Shown here: positions 1 through 12,872 of the stretch, in pieces
Layout of the letters: every line of letters starts with the position of its first letter
How positions within the stretch are numbered: the first letter of the stretch is position 1
From: Hyphochytrium catenoides
Lineage: Eukaryota > Protista > Hyphochytriomycota
Direction: 5' to 3'
Assembly: GCA_900088475.1 (NCBI GenBank)
Contig: FLMG01004137.1
Location: forward strand, 62,001 to 126,000
DNA length: 64,000 nt
Made by a program: the position numbers and the translations under genes
Notes under the pieces: model-generated
Told to the model about the DNA's origin: nothing
The model's input: only the letters and a program-made list of their open reading frames with translations
Databases searched by the model: none

Positions 1-128
1 TACCACTACTCTCTCGCGTCTTTCCTGAAGTTGTTCTTCCTATCTCTGAAGGCAGAGATTTCTTCCAGCGCGGTCGAGGAACGTGTAACTATACGGCAAG
101 AGCACTTACGGTCGGTTGTTTCCTTGTT

Positions 129-202
129 CTTCAGGCAATCCTTCCCCACAGCCTTTGCCCCTACCTCTACTTCAGGCAATCCTTCCCCAAAACCTTTGCC
201 CC
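129..202. repeat. 33-bp direct repeat, 2 copies (129-161 and 170-202, 2 mismatches), in a dynein intron
   Basis: cttcaggcaatccttcccca[c/a]a[g/a]cctttgcccc occurs twice with a period of 41 bp. Confidence 0.9.
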
Positions 203-321
203 CACCGTCTATTATGCCATGTTTGCAAGAGCTTTTCATTGCAAGGGCATGCTTGGTGTTCATCTTACGTCCTTCGTTTGCGTTCTGGTGGCTAAATCTG
301 TTCGCGGCCCTGCCCTTCCAG

Positions 322-3300
322 ATACACGGTATACAAAGCGGTGAATCGCGGGTTATTCGCTGGACACAAGATGAATTTTTTAAGCCAAATGACCTTTAAG
401 CTATTGGAAAAGGCGCATCTTGGCAAAGATACTGGCTTCTCTTCAGAGGCTTTAAGGGTTTTGCTGCGAAAACCTCGTTCCTTCAAAGCGTTATCCGCTC
501 CTAACCCCGTGGATTGGCTAACTCTCGATCAGGTGAGTCCAAACGACAACAGGGTCAAAATGTAGACAAAGCAGATGAAGTTGCCTTCCATGACGAGAGA
601 GAGGATGCTGTGAGATTCGCTGAGATGTACCAGGCAACAAACTTCGAGTACTTATCTTTATTCTCACTTAACCCCCCAGTGGGCAGCGATCGTTGGTCTT
701 AGCGAAGAACTTCCTGAGTTTACCAAGCTTGCTCTGGACATCGAAGAAAATGCTGTTCGATTCAAAGAGTGGTTTGTCCAACCAGCCGCAGAGGCAGAAA
801 AACTCCCGCTGGACTGGAGAGAGCTGGATAGGACCCCATTTCTCAAGCTGCTGGTCGTGAACTGTCTGAGGCCAGATCGCCTTATCTCTGCACTCCAAGA
901 CTTCATTGTTAGCCAGCTACCAGATGGTAAGCAGTATCTAGAGATCGACGCAGAGCTCAATTCTTATCAGGTAAATATGCATATGGCTTTTAAGAGGAAA
1001 CGACGGAGACTGGAGGAAAATCTCAAAGTTTGAGACATGTTTGGGGCGGCTTCTATGAAGTTTAGAGTTGCAAATCCACTCTCTTGCTGGAGAGAACCTG
1101 AGGATGTTGTGACTATTATTGACAGTTTTCTCGTTCCACGCATAGGTGCTAGAACAAGCATTTGCGGACACGGATGCCGTTACCCCCATCTTCTTTGTGC
1201 TTTCTCCAGGCTCAGATGTTAACCCCAATATTGACAAGCTAGCAATGAAGAGAGGAATGGAGAAGAACGTTACATATTTCTCAATATCACTGGGGCAGGG
1301 GCAGGAAAGCGTTGCCATGAAGCTAGTAGAGGACGGCTGCTCTCGAGGTCACTGGGTAGCACTTCACAACATCCACCTGACTCCAAGGTGGTTGACAGCT
1401 CTAGACCAGATGCTTCAACGATTGCATGGTGGAGAATGCCACGCGAACTTTCGGCTTTTTCTGTCTTCGGACCCTTCATCCAGCGTCCCTGTCAATCTGC
1501 TGCAGAACTCGTTCAAGATCACAACGGAGCCGCCGATTGGCCTGAAGGCCAACGTGAAGAGGGCCTTCTCTCAGTTCAGGTGCGTAGTTTGATAACTGAA
1601 TGGATTGAAGGCTGCACCGAAGTCTAGACGTGCTTCTTCCCTGTTACGCTCTTCAATCTCCCTGTCTGCCCTCCACCATATCCCCCTTTCTCTGGTATCT
1701 CCTCAGCTCCTTCAGGGTCATCTTCATCGATTTGTGTATTGGTGCACCGCCTTAGTCAACACCTCGCAGCCAGTAGTGACCGTTTGCTAAAGCTTACTAC
1801 TATGTGACAGCAAGGAGCAAACCGACGACATGGAACAACGAACGCGTGGGATTCTTTTCGGCTTATGCTACTTCCACGCCATTGTTGTTGAGCGGTCAAA
1901 ATTCGGGCCCAAGGGTTTCAATGTTGCGTACCATTTCGCAGTCAACGACCTCATACACAGCGCAAACATTCTTGCTAACCAGATGGAGACGGCCACAGCA
2001 CAAGTGCCTTGGGAAGTTCTGCGGTACATCATTGGGGACATTATGTACGGAGGACACATTGTCAATGAGTTCGACCGATTGGTCTGTGCAAAGTACCTCG
2101 ATTACTTCTTTAAGGAAGAGCTTCTGGATGAGGGCCCGCTTCTGCCATACGCAGAAGGCGGAAAAGATGACTCTTTTCATGCGCCTAGCACTGCTCACCA
2201 CTTCGACAAAATTATGGAGCACATAGAGACCAATCTAAAGCCTGACACTACCACGCTAGCTCTTGGACTTCATTCAAACTCAGAGATCGGCTTCCGCACC
2301 GACATGGCGGAAAGACTTTTTAGGTCCATCGTGGAGCTCCAATCTTCAGACAGGGACGTGTCGGATGGTAAGGGCTCCCTAATTGCAGCTTCGTGGGTAT
2401 CTAGGATTAGTTACCTACGCCAAGTTAAGGATTAGCTATCTACTCCTAGTTAACTCAGGCGTTTACTTCTGGTCAGTTGTGCCTCCTTAACTGACGCGAT
2501 CGTTCTTGCAAATTGCTTAGGCGATGACTCAAAGGAGACAATCGCTTCCAACAAGCTGCAGGATATCATGGATAGATATCGTGAAGTCAACTTTGACGTC
2601 GAAGGACTGCGATCTACGCTCACAGAGGTCACTCCGTACCAGGTCGTATTCCTTCAGGAATGCGGGCGAATGAAGCTCCTGCTCAACAATATGATAAAAT
2701 CCTTAATGGAACTAGACTCTGCTCTGAAGGGTGAGAGACGATAAATTTGCTCACTCCCCCGTTGTCTTCCTAGCTTCTGGTCGTTACATGGCTGCATCTA
2801 CAATCTTCCGCAAATATAACTTTTGCCGCCGTTCTTTTGTAATTGTAGGAGATTCGCTCATGACCGAGAGCCTCGAGACCATGGTTGTGGAGCTCTATGC
2901 GGATAGAGTTCCCACCGCCTGGATTGCCTGTTCATACCCGTCTGCCGTAAGCGAGAATTATGCTCTAGACAGCACTCTTACTGCCATCTTGCTCATCTGC
3001 TCGTTAACTGCTTGGATTTGCTCTTGTTTCCTCGTGGGCGAGTTTGTTAATCCGTCTGACCAGTGGGTCCAGTCGTTAACTCTACTGTTTAGAAGCCCAG
3101 GTTTAACTCATTTATTCTTGCAGAGAGCCTTAGCGTCCTGGACAGCGGACCTAGATGACCGCGTCTCTCAGTTGAAGTTCTGGTATGAAAATCCTAATGA
3201 GACGCCAAAGTCTACCTGGATATCTGGCCTATTCCTTCCTCAGGCCTTTTTGCATGCGGTGGTTCAGGTCAGTGCACCATCCCTTAACTAGGAGCAGTCT

Positions 3301-3934
3301 CCTTGATTGGAATGGCGCGTATCCGCCAAACGTCACCGTAACGCGTCCCGATTCTCACTTCAATGCTTGTCTATCACTTTAATACCGCATACTTCAGAGT
3401 GCAAGTCAAAGGATGAACGTCGAGATCGACAAGCTCTCACTTGAAACCCAAGTGACCAAGAAGCTTTTAGAAGGACTTGATGAGCCCTCACGAGATGGCG
3501 CAATGATCCATGGGCTCTATGTTGAAGGTATTAGAAGCAATAGAGAACCCCTACTCGCGTTCGAGTACTGCTCTATAACCAGTGCCGCTGATTCTCAACG
3601 TGGTGCTGACTCCATTTTATCTCATCGGAATTTTACTGAATGCTTCTCTGTCTGTACTTTACTGAATGATGGTTGGATAGGTGCTCGATGGGACATCAAC
3701 GCCGGGACCTTAGAGAACGCGACCCCGAGAGAGCTATACTGTCCCATGCCAGTGATCAATCTCCGGGTAGTCAAGTTGTCAGGCCACATGGAGCCTGGAA
3801 ATGTTTACAAATGCCCTGTATATAGAACTCGCCTGCGGGGTAACACCTACGTATTTACCGCTTCCCTCAAGACTCGAAGCCCTCCTGCTAAGTGGATCTT
3901 GGCTGGTGCAGCTCTGCTATTTGACATCGTGTAG
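322..3934 (+). CDS. Axonemal dynein heavy chain, C-terminal part (AAA6, lid and C-terminal domain); multi-exon, 5'-truncated by the window edge
   Basis: Spliced exons give dynein motifs: VNRGLFAGHK, LPLDW...CLRPDR, PIFFVLSPGSD, SISLGQGQ, GHWVALHNIHL, TEPPIGLKAN, LCYFHAIVVERSKFGPKG, IMYGGHI, GLYVEG/GARWD, YKCPVYRTRLRGNTYV, KWILAGAALL. Introns are GT-AG. Confidence 0.96.
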
Positions 3935-4350
3935 ATAAGCCACTATATTATAGGTTTACTAGCATCTAAACCTTAGCTTACCTTAATTAATACCTATTTA
4001 TACCTTTGTACTCATGCATCTTATATGATCTGGCCGCAGATAACTTCGTAGAAACCTCAATGAAGATAGTGGTAGACCAGGCATTGAAGCCAATAGAAGG
4101 GGTCTACCTCTTTCCTTTTGCTCTCGCAGGCGTAGCTCTAAGGACTGGCCCTTAAGGCAGCAACACAAGGCTAGAAGATCCGTGGCGAAGTGAGCGCGAG
4201 CTCACTACTCTATTGGACCTAGTACTTGATTCGTTACCGAGGCCCTCCTCCACCAGAAGCTACCACGATTCAGCTCACCGTTAACAAAATGGCGATGACT
4301 GCTTATAACACCCTTGTCTAATCTTACCAGGGTCTGGCGCCTGGTGTTAC

Positions 4351-4952
4351 CTAGGCTAAGTTCTGCTTATGCGGGTTATTAGCAGCCCTAGATCCTGAGA
4401 AAACGGGAGCTGAAGTGGCCCTTGTGCAAACAGATCGGTGCTTCATGATTCTGTTCTGGTTTAATGTTTAGGTTACGAAACAGAGAGCCTTGTGTCAGCA
4501 GCATGCGGTTTACCCCGGTGCGCTAGTCGTAGTACCTCAGCGAACTTTCGATGGCAAAATGAGCATTCAACCCGAGCTTCATCGTCAGCTCCGACGATCC
4601 CTTCCTTCATAATAGTATCAGGTTCTACTGTCTGGTCGATCGGCCTAATAGGCCGGTCATCGTGCAGGTCCTGCTGTGGTCGCCTTACTCGGCCAGATTT
4701 TGAACACTCTTGCATATGGTTCTCATACTTTCCTGCACTAGGACCCGGTAAAGCTCAGATCCTTTCCTAATGTCGATGAGGAAATTTGGGTGTCTAGTAC
4801 CTTACAGAGCGAGCACACCCTTCGCACAGAACTGGAGTTAGTGGGTAGTTCCTGAAGCATGTCTTTATGTGGAACTTGTAAGAAGCTGAGAAGTAAGGGC
4901 GGTTGCAGGTCGGACAGATGACTGCCGCAGGCTTTTTTGGTCTTCCTGCCAT
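4351..4952 (-). CDS. Small protein with three C2HC zinc fingers (zf-C2HC_2, ZC2HC1-like); 3 exons
   Basis: The spliced product has three C-x2-C-x11-H-x3-C units: CPTC..HIKTC, CEGCARSVSAGKYENHMQEC and CSFCHRKFAENRIMKHRSVC. ATG at 4952, TAG at 4351. Confidence 0.82.
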
Positions 4953-5349
4953 CACCCTCCCTTGAACAGCGTTACGGCTCTTGAAGAACAAGCCTCATCA
5001 CCCAATGTCATCTCGGCAGCATTGTCTCTTCTCCGAGCCTCACGGAACAGAAGAAGCTGTCGTAGGTCCAGAGTAGAACTAGCCGGGCTTATCTAGACAA
5101 GACCGATGATGCCATCTATTGATGGCCGCCAGCTGCTTCAGTATACCACGGCAGTAGGAGACTCGATGAATTTTCTCCGCACAAGATGGCCCTGCTGCTT
5201 GTTGCTGCTGCCTCTTGTCAGGAGACAGCTATAATATATAATCTGCTACAGGGTTTTTTACTCTGGAATACAATAGAGCTGTTATCAACCGTTACAGTTA
5301 CAGATACAAAATGTACAATAGCGTCTCTTTATAAAGCTGTCGTCTGTTG

Positions 5350-7397
5350 TCACACATAATCTGCATCTGTCTTATCTGCTGCCTCTGCTGACAGCTTTGT
5401 CGCGATGGCAAGCCCATGTCGAACAGTAGGCAAATCTGCAGTTGGTGCTCTAGCGTAAAGACCTCTAGGAGCCATTCGGCGTTTGGCTATAGCGATGCCT
5501 AGCAGCATCCCCGCACCGGCCATGGCGGTAGAGGCCATAATCCCAGGCATATAGTAGACGTTCTTCTCACCGGTGCCGTCAGTGGAGACAGGGCAAACCA
5601 CTGCGTCGCCTTCCGCTGAAGAGTCTTGAATAAATAGGTCCACTGACCCCTTGTCTACATAGGGTTTCCTGCTGATAAAGTACTTTAACATTTCTCGACT
5701 GGCTTGTGGTTGATCCATCGGCGCCATATGGCCGGCGTTGCGAAGGACCAGATACGTCAAGTCGCCACTGCTCTTGATATAACCGTATGGGCTAGGATTA
5801 CTCGCAGATGCCCAGACAGTCTTCGGGCTATCCAAGTACGCCTCCCGTCCAGTCCAGTTCAGTCGATATAGGAGCTGCTCCGTTGCTATGTGGTTGCACA
5901 TGAGGTCGAACTATAGCGGCAGGAAACATTGAGAAGGTAGTTAAAGTAATTAGGCCAAAGTGGTCAATTAGGACAACCAGTGCCAGCATAAAGGGGCATA
6001 CCTGCCCATTGAAGAAGAGCGTCCGCATACCCTGATTGAGCAGATAGCTGACGTTGGCAAGCGTGCTTACGCCATCCCATTGAGTGAGTGCCTCGTAGAC
6101 TGGGTTGCTGCAGTCCTCGAACTTACTATGGAGGTCCTCCACATGGAGAGCCTGCCGTACATCTTTTCTATCAAGATAGGAGCGCATCGGCCTCTTCTTT
6201 TCTGCCGGATAATCGCTAGAAGACTCGACATACGAGCGAATGTCATAAACATTCAACCGATTGGTTTGCCTTCCTTCAACTGCCCTCAGGAGCATATCCA
6301 TATGGCGCAAACATTGCTTCCCAGTATAGTCCCCCTTGTCAAGCTGCACCTGGCACTCTCGGTATTGCTCCTTAAGATGCAACCTTTGCCCCTCAGAGAT
6401 AAGGCCAGAGGCGTGTCCGTAATCACTATAGTCGTACTGAACATACGGATGAACCCATGCGCTGCCTAGGCCCATCCCTTTGATATCAACAAAAATACTT
6501 CCAGGTTTGAGCTTTGCATTGCGGCTCAATATATCAACTGCGAAGCTTGGAATCCAGCGGCCCGCATGGCTCTCGCCGAACAAATATATCTCCCTAGAGC
6601 GGCGTGTACCTGTCGCTAACTAAAGCATAAGCGACAAGAGGATCTCAGCTGCCACTGGAAGGTAGATAAATACCTGTATCTGTAGTGACAAAGCCAGAGT
6701 GAAGTCCCAAAAAGTTTTGCAAGAACTCATAGAACTCGGCGTTGATCTCCTCCTGGGTTCTGAGGACAGTGCTGGAGAAAGACAGGCCCGTGCCCACTGG
6801 TTGGTCTATGAATAGGATATTGGCCTCTCGATTCCAGCTGTCCTCATCTATTTTAACAGTGCCATCCGGTTGAATCCGGAAAGGACCATTTTCCCTTTGA
6901 TGCAGGTGAGTTAGCTGTACTCTGAGCGACTATGATATGAAGCAGTTACGACTCAGACTTACAGAAGCATGCCTTCCATGCTGGTGCACCCTGGGCCCCC
7001 ATTAAGCCAGATTATGATAGGGTCAGTCTTCGGGTCCTTCCTGCTCTCTACCAGCCAGTAAAACAAGTGGTGATCTTTATTTGTGGGAACGAGACCGGCA
7101 TAGTGCTTGAAGTTGATCGCGTCAGGAGGAAGTCCTGGTAGGGACTTGACCAGGTGGTCCTGGGCTGTCAATGCTCTAAACGGCCGTCCTCTCTCTACCT
7201 AAGAATCGCGGCTCACTCAGCGAAATGATCTCAGCAGCAGCCACAAATGAGCCACGTACGTTATCTTCGCCTTCCTGGAACTCATGATTGACCAACAGGT
7301 GGCCCGGCAGTCTCCGCCGCGCATGCACTACCCCTCCGAGCCAGAAAAGGAGAGTTATCAGCAAGGAGGACATGGCGCGCTCTCTCTCTATCGGCAT
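5350..7397 (-). CDS. Serine carboxypeptidase, family S10, KEX1-like, with signal peptide and C-terminal TM helix; multi-exon
   Basis: Motifs [32 protein letters not shown] (Ser), DLMCNH (Asp) and NAGHMAP (His). Hydrophobic N-terminus, and [20 protein letters not shown] followed by KRR. Confidence 0.93.
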
Positions 7398-8107
7398 ATC
7401 TACTGCCCTGTGAGTGACAATGCTTCAGGAACACGACATGTTTCGTTAACTGGGACCAAGTTGTCTATGCTTAGGCATAGTCAGGGCACGGGTCATTTAT
7501 CTAGTAAGAGCCTGGTCGTTCGAAACACCTTTGAAGATCGAGCTGTGTCTGAGTGCAGATAGCATAGAATGCATCTCCGTAGACTGTAGACCCCTTTATG
7601 CGTTGTTTAATCCTCGTCTCTCTCAATAATATAGGGTGGCGATCGATCGTCAGAGCTTAGGAATGATCCTCTCTGTGCTCTACAAAGTAGTGCCAGCAGC
7701 CAGCACAAACTTACAGGATAACTGAACTTGTGGATCAAGGAGAGGCATACAAGTACAAGTATACTTATTTAAGTATGGTGTTGGAAGCAGGACTTATAAT
7801 TAATGTGCAAAGAGTTCATTTTTGGAAACGAAAGGGCACACGCTAATCTACAGCTTCCTCAGGGATATAAGAAGCTCGCATGGACCTTCGACACCGCCAA
7901 ACAGCGCTGGACAGAGAGTATTGATCGACGGCACTCGCAGTGCAATCGTCAACAAGGCAGCAAGCTGCAAGAAGGTTCTACCAGCGACCTTCGTTGACTT
8001 TATTGGTCTGCGTACACTCGGGCGCGCTGCAAGTGTTCGTTTAGGGTCGTCCCTTAGAACCGTGAGTAAGAGCTATACACAGTCTCCTTCTGCCGAATAG
8101 AACCGTC

Positions 8108-8985
8108 ATGCCACCGACTACGCTGAAGGTGCTGGTTGTTGGTCCCAAGGAGTCAGGGAAGACCACGGTATGTAGCTGAAGTATCTTTCAAGGATCTCGA
8201 ACTCAAATAGCACTCTTCTTAGCTCTCCAATTTCATCTCGGGCCAAAGGGATACCCTCGACGATCGCCTAGAGTATAGACCAACTGTCGCAGCTAGGTGA
8301 GAGGCCCATAACACTTCACTATATCACTCTGTAACCATTGATTGCCTCCTTACTCTTCAGGGTCCTAGAGTTTGATAGGGATTTGAAGGGAAAGTCGGCC
8401 AGGGTGGACGTGGAGTTGTGGGACGTCTCCGGTGACCACAGGTCAGACCTCAATGGCAAGGTGGCCTGATCTACGGCTTTATTCTAAGCTCTTTACTTCT
8501 GGGGCCAGCTATGAGCAGTGCTGGCCGGCCATTCTGAAGGACGTTAATGGTATCCTCATTGTCTTTAACCCTGACAACCCTATCCACGCTGAAGAAGTCG
8601 GTTTATGGTAGGTTGGCGGTTCGAAGGAACCTGAGTCCCTCTCCCTCACTTACGGCTTCTTTCCCCTTTCACGTACGAACTCAAAAACCAATCCTTAGGT
8701 ACGAGTGGTTTGGCAAGAACAGCAATCTTGATGCAAAGCAGTGTTTAGTTTTTGCCCATAGAACGGAAGGAGGCGCAAGCTCCAGATCTAAACCTCGTAA
8801 GTGTGAAAAGGATGAGAAATGTTACCGCTCATCTCAAGTACTTCATGTGATTCTTATCAACAGCAAAAGCTCTCTCTGGGCTATCAATAATCGACACCAG
8901 CTGGGATACAGGCGACCTCATGCGCACGGAGTTTGACGGTTGGATGGCAACGCTCTCGGACGTGGCTCAACGGTCTAAAAAGTAG
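8108..8985 (+). CDS. IFT22: Intraflagellar transport protein 22 (RABL5), multi-exon
   Basis: Exons splice to MPPTTLKVLVVGPKESGKTT-LSNFISG...YRPTVAARVLEFD...VELWDVSGD..YEQCWPAI...GILIVFNPD..CLVFAH, ending TAG at 8985. Confidence 0.92.
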
Positions 8986-9076
8986 ACAATTGTATAACGA
9001 GGAATGTATCCGAGGAGAATGAAGGTATCAGGAGAGAAATAAGTCCATGTGTTGGACTATTATCAAAAATAATCTT

Positions 9077-9472
9077 TCATTCCTCCAACAAGGCTTTCCG
9101 TTTGTTAGCTTGCTTCTTCTTGGAAGCGGCCTGAGAGAACCAAGAAACAGAGTCAGATTGGTGCACATAAACTTTGATCATAGTGCCTGTAACATGCAAG
9201 CACCTTTAGGCAGTCCTTATATTCCTGAAAATGACGATGGCAAGCGAGCTTGTTGGGTTGATTTTCTATGAGGTCTTAAAGATTAGTACTGTTCAGGGTG
9301 AGAAAGCATTATTGATCATAGTGGCACACCTTCTAAGCATTTGTACGATGCTTTGGCTAGCGCTGCACAAGGCTTTAAACAAAAGGAGGAGAGTCATTCA
9401 CCACTTAAAGCTTCTGGTAAGAAGCTCAGGGATTCTTACGTGCTTATCTTCCCACTTCTGCTGTGCTGGCAT
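9077..9472 (-). CDS. COX23: 63-aa twin Cx9C mitochondrial intermembrane-space protein, COX23/CHCHD7-like; exons 9472-9440, 9372-9330, 9265-9204, 9130-9077
   Basis: Manual splicing over three GT-AG introns gives MPAQQKWEDKHPCAALAKASYKCLEENQPNKLACHRHFQEYKDCLKAASKKKQANKRKALLEE*, with two exact Cx9C motifs. The family name is from recall. Confidence 0.75.
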
Positions 9473-10281
9473 CCTATTTGGAGTTACAGAATTCTGTAGC
9501 TATTGCACCAGCCAAGAGCTTTGGGCATGCGAAGAACAGAGGTCAGGGCGGGCGTGGCAGGGTCAACCAGAGCCGAGGCAGAAGGTTTGCTCTCGGTTCC
9601 TATCCGATAAGAGAGATATGACGTACTCTTGAGCAGCGCTTGACGAAGAGTAAGCTATAACAATTGTGGATTATTTAGATGCGGGGTGGTAAAGGGGACG
9701 GACGATAAGAAAGCTCTTCCTATAGGTATAATGCCACTGTAACAATAGACCAAAAGAATCAGCTCAACAACAGTCCAGATAGATGATCAGATTCTTCCGA
9801 TTTACCGTGTCTGTTCCTGCGTTCCATTTTGTACGTACTGATTACTAGATCTGTAATAGTTAGATTGATAATCGCCAAGTGCCAGGAACGAAGGTTGGGG
9901 GGATGGGGGGAAGCTGATGAAGAAGAGAAAGTCTTGGATTGATGAGAAGGGCAAATGATAAAGGTGGACAACACTGGCCCGGGCCCTGTTCTCATTCTCT
10001 TTATAGCTCACATCCCTCTTCGTCTTGCATGGAGCCGCTCGCTTGTTGCTGAGCAGCGTGCACAGCAGACCCTGATGGTGCTAATAATATATCCAAGCAG
10101 TCCTGATCACCGCCCGTAGGCTACTGCTCTAGATGCTTCGTAGCTTAGATGCTTACGTGGTTGTGCGCGTCGTGGCTTAGATGGCTGGATGCTGTGAACT
10201 ATAGATAAGGAACTTTCCACGGCCACTTTCACCTTGTAGCTCGGACGCCTGTCCACGATCTCTAGAGCTCTCATTGCAACA

Positions 10282-12625
10282 ATGAGCTGGCAAGGAAAGG
10301 GTAGCAAGTCCACGAGGGTCGTGCAGAAGGCGGGCCAGAATCCACAGGTACCACGGTCAGGCTTGGCGAATAGGGCTCCTTCATCTGTGTGTTGACATCA
10401 TTTCGCTTCCTGCTTTGTGCCAGTACGTCACAGATGGGGAAGGCCGAAGACGATTTCACGGAGCGTTCACTGGCGGCTTCTCTGCCGGGTATTTCAATAC
10501 TGTCGGATCTAAGGAAGGATGGACCCCTCAGACGTTCACTTCCTCACGTCAGAGCAAAGGGGCTAGAGTTGCTCAACGGCCGGAGGACTTCATGGATGAG
10601 GAGGATGATCCCCTGCTTGGCAAAAAGCTCGAAACCAAGTCGCAATACGACACGCTGGGTCTAACTGCGGCTGAGGCGGCAAGAAAGGCTGCTGCAGACG
10701 ACCGATCCCAGCGGACTATCCCTGGGCCTGTACCCGATGAACTAATTGTCCCCTCAACGCTATCCATCGGCAAGAAATTGTTGCAGAAGATGGGCTGGAG
10801 AGAAGGGCAAGGAGTTGGCCCTCGTGTGGCATTAAAGTCCCACGCAGGAGAGGAGATGACAGTAGGAGCGAAGAATATAGTTCTAGAAGATTGGGCACAA
10901 GCACCAAAAACGGATGTGTTTGGTCTCGGGTTCGACCCATATAAAGATGCCCCAGAGTTTATGGAACGACGCATGGTACTCGCTTCAAGGAGTGCTTATA
11001 GTGGCGGAGGAAAGGCAGAGAGAAATGTGTTGAGAATGGGACAAGTATTAGCTTCCAGCGCATCCGGCAGAGGAGGGGGTGCTCGCAGCTTTGGACTTAG
11101 CGCCCTGGAGGATGTGGAGCCTGAAGACCTGGACGTCTATGACCAGGAGGCGATCGAACGCTATGATATAGACATTAGCACTGGCTTAACCATTGAGGGG
11201 CCAAAGCGACCATTGCTTATGGGTCCTGAGCCCTTTCAAGAGGAGGCGGTTGTGACAGCAGAAAGCGAAGATGAGCCTTTGGAGATGAGGCGATGCTCAG
11301 ACGGACGCCCACCTTTGCGGGGCTTTATTATGGCGAAGGTGCTACCAGCACGAGAGAATAAGTATAGAGAGATGGAGGTTCCTGCAAACTTCAGGGAGAA
11401 GCATCATTTTTTGGGTCCGCTCGTCCTGCCGGACTATCTCGTGACACGGTCTAACATTGGCTATTCGCGAACAGTCAGCCAGATTGATGCAGCGTCAAGA
11501 GGCATGCTATTAGAAGGGAACGGCAACAATGCGGCAATCAGAGAGAAGCAAACGACCTCATTATCCGAATGCCCGCGGCCGATCAAGGAAACTCTCGAGA
11601 AGAGGCCGCTCATAACGGATATCGGCGCTTTTGCGGGCCTATCTTCCGCAATGGCCAATCGCTTTACCAGTGCGGGAACAACCACAGATGAGAAGATGGA
11701 GGACGGGGCGAACAGCGGTGCAACCGTGGAGAAGCCCAAGCCTCCTCCTGTACGAACGGAGATGCCTTGGGCTCCAGTCAGGCTGCTATGCAAGCGCTTC
11801 AACGTACCTCCACCTGCCATATCTACGGCCAAGGCAGACTCAGCTGGGCGACCGGCAGAATCGGCCCTCTTTCAAAAAGAGCTTCTGCCTTACATTGCAG
11901 AGGCACATAGGGCCACATTGCCAGCTACTCAAAGCAGCATTATCGAGAGAACGCCCTCACTTGCTCCCGGAATGACAGCTCAAGGTCAGCAGGAGTCGGA
12001 AAAGCCTATACAGGACACTCCTCGGCCGCCAGTAGATCTCTTCAAAGCTATTTTCGGAGCGGATGAAGAAGACCAGGAAGAAGCAATAGAACAGATTGCA
12101 CCGGCAGCCTTTGAGTCGGCTGTACCATTGGCTAGCTCGGTGGTCCGCCAGGAAGAAAGTGTTGGAAGAAAGTTCGAACAACACGATAGGTTGACGACCT
12201 CCCCGTCTAGACGAGAAAGGAGGCGATGGGACAATCCTAATAGAGGAGATGCTCAGCGTCGACATGACGAGAAGGCTGCTTCATCATGGCCTACTCCCCC
12301 AACTTCTGGCACATTTGCCCTGGTAGAGAAGTTAAAAGCCTCTTTGATGGAAGAGCAGAAGAAGGAGAAGAAGACTAAATCTTCCCGCCAGGACGCTTTT
12401 TCCCCATCGCCTGAAAGGAGGAGTAGACGGAACAATTATGTATCTTCAGGAACCAGTAGAAGAGATGGTGACCACGTACGAGATTCGACAAGGAGTGACA
12501 GATATAGCACCTCCAGGCAAAGAGACAGATCACGCGAGCGCAGCTATAGCAGGACGGAAAGACATCACCGAGGGGATCGTGAGAGCTACTCCTCATCTTC
12601 CAGGCGGAGAAGGGATAAAACATAA
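10282..12625 (+). CDS. GPATCH1: G-patch domain protein 1 (TGH/GPATCH1); intron 10348-10423
   Basis: RRFHGAFTGGFSAGYFNTVGSKEGW, G-patch SIGKKLLQKMGWREGQGVG, WAPVRLLCKRFNV, DLFKAIF and an RS-rich tail. First exon MSWQGKG...NPQ splices in frame. Confidence 0.95.
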
Positions 12626-12872
12626 GCGGGACTGCTGACTGTGATGCACTGAATATATTTAAGATCACTAACTAATAGCGACGACCTCCATCCTCAACTC
12701 ATCAAAAAGCACTTGTGAATGTCCTAAACAACATGGCGCCTGCATGCATCTCCCGCTTGGCGAGAGGAGCGGCGAACGATAGGTGATAAGGGTTCTTTTA
12801 CCCATTTTCTGCCGGACAAGACTATGGTACACTGGAGCCTCAAGTCTAGGTATGATCTAATTTGGCTCTTCC

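Noticed and set aside
10012-10030. MQDEEG start resembling ribosomal protein S21
   Set aside because: The downstream exons do not give the VDLYxPRKC motif in any frame.
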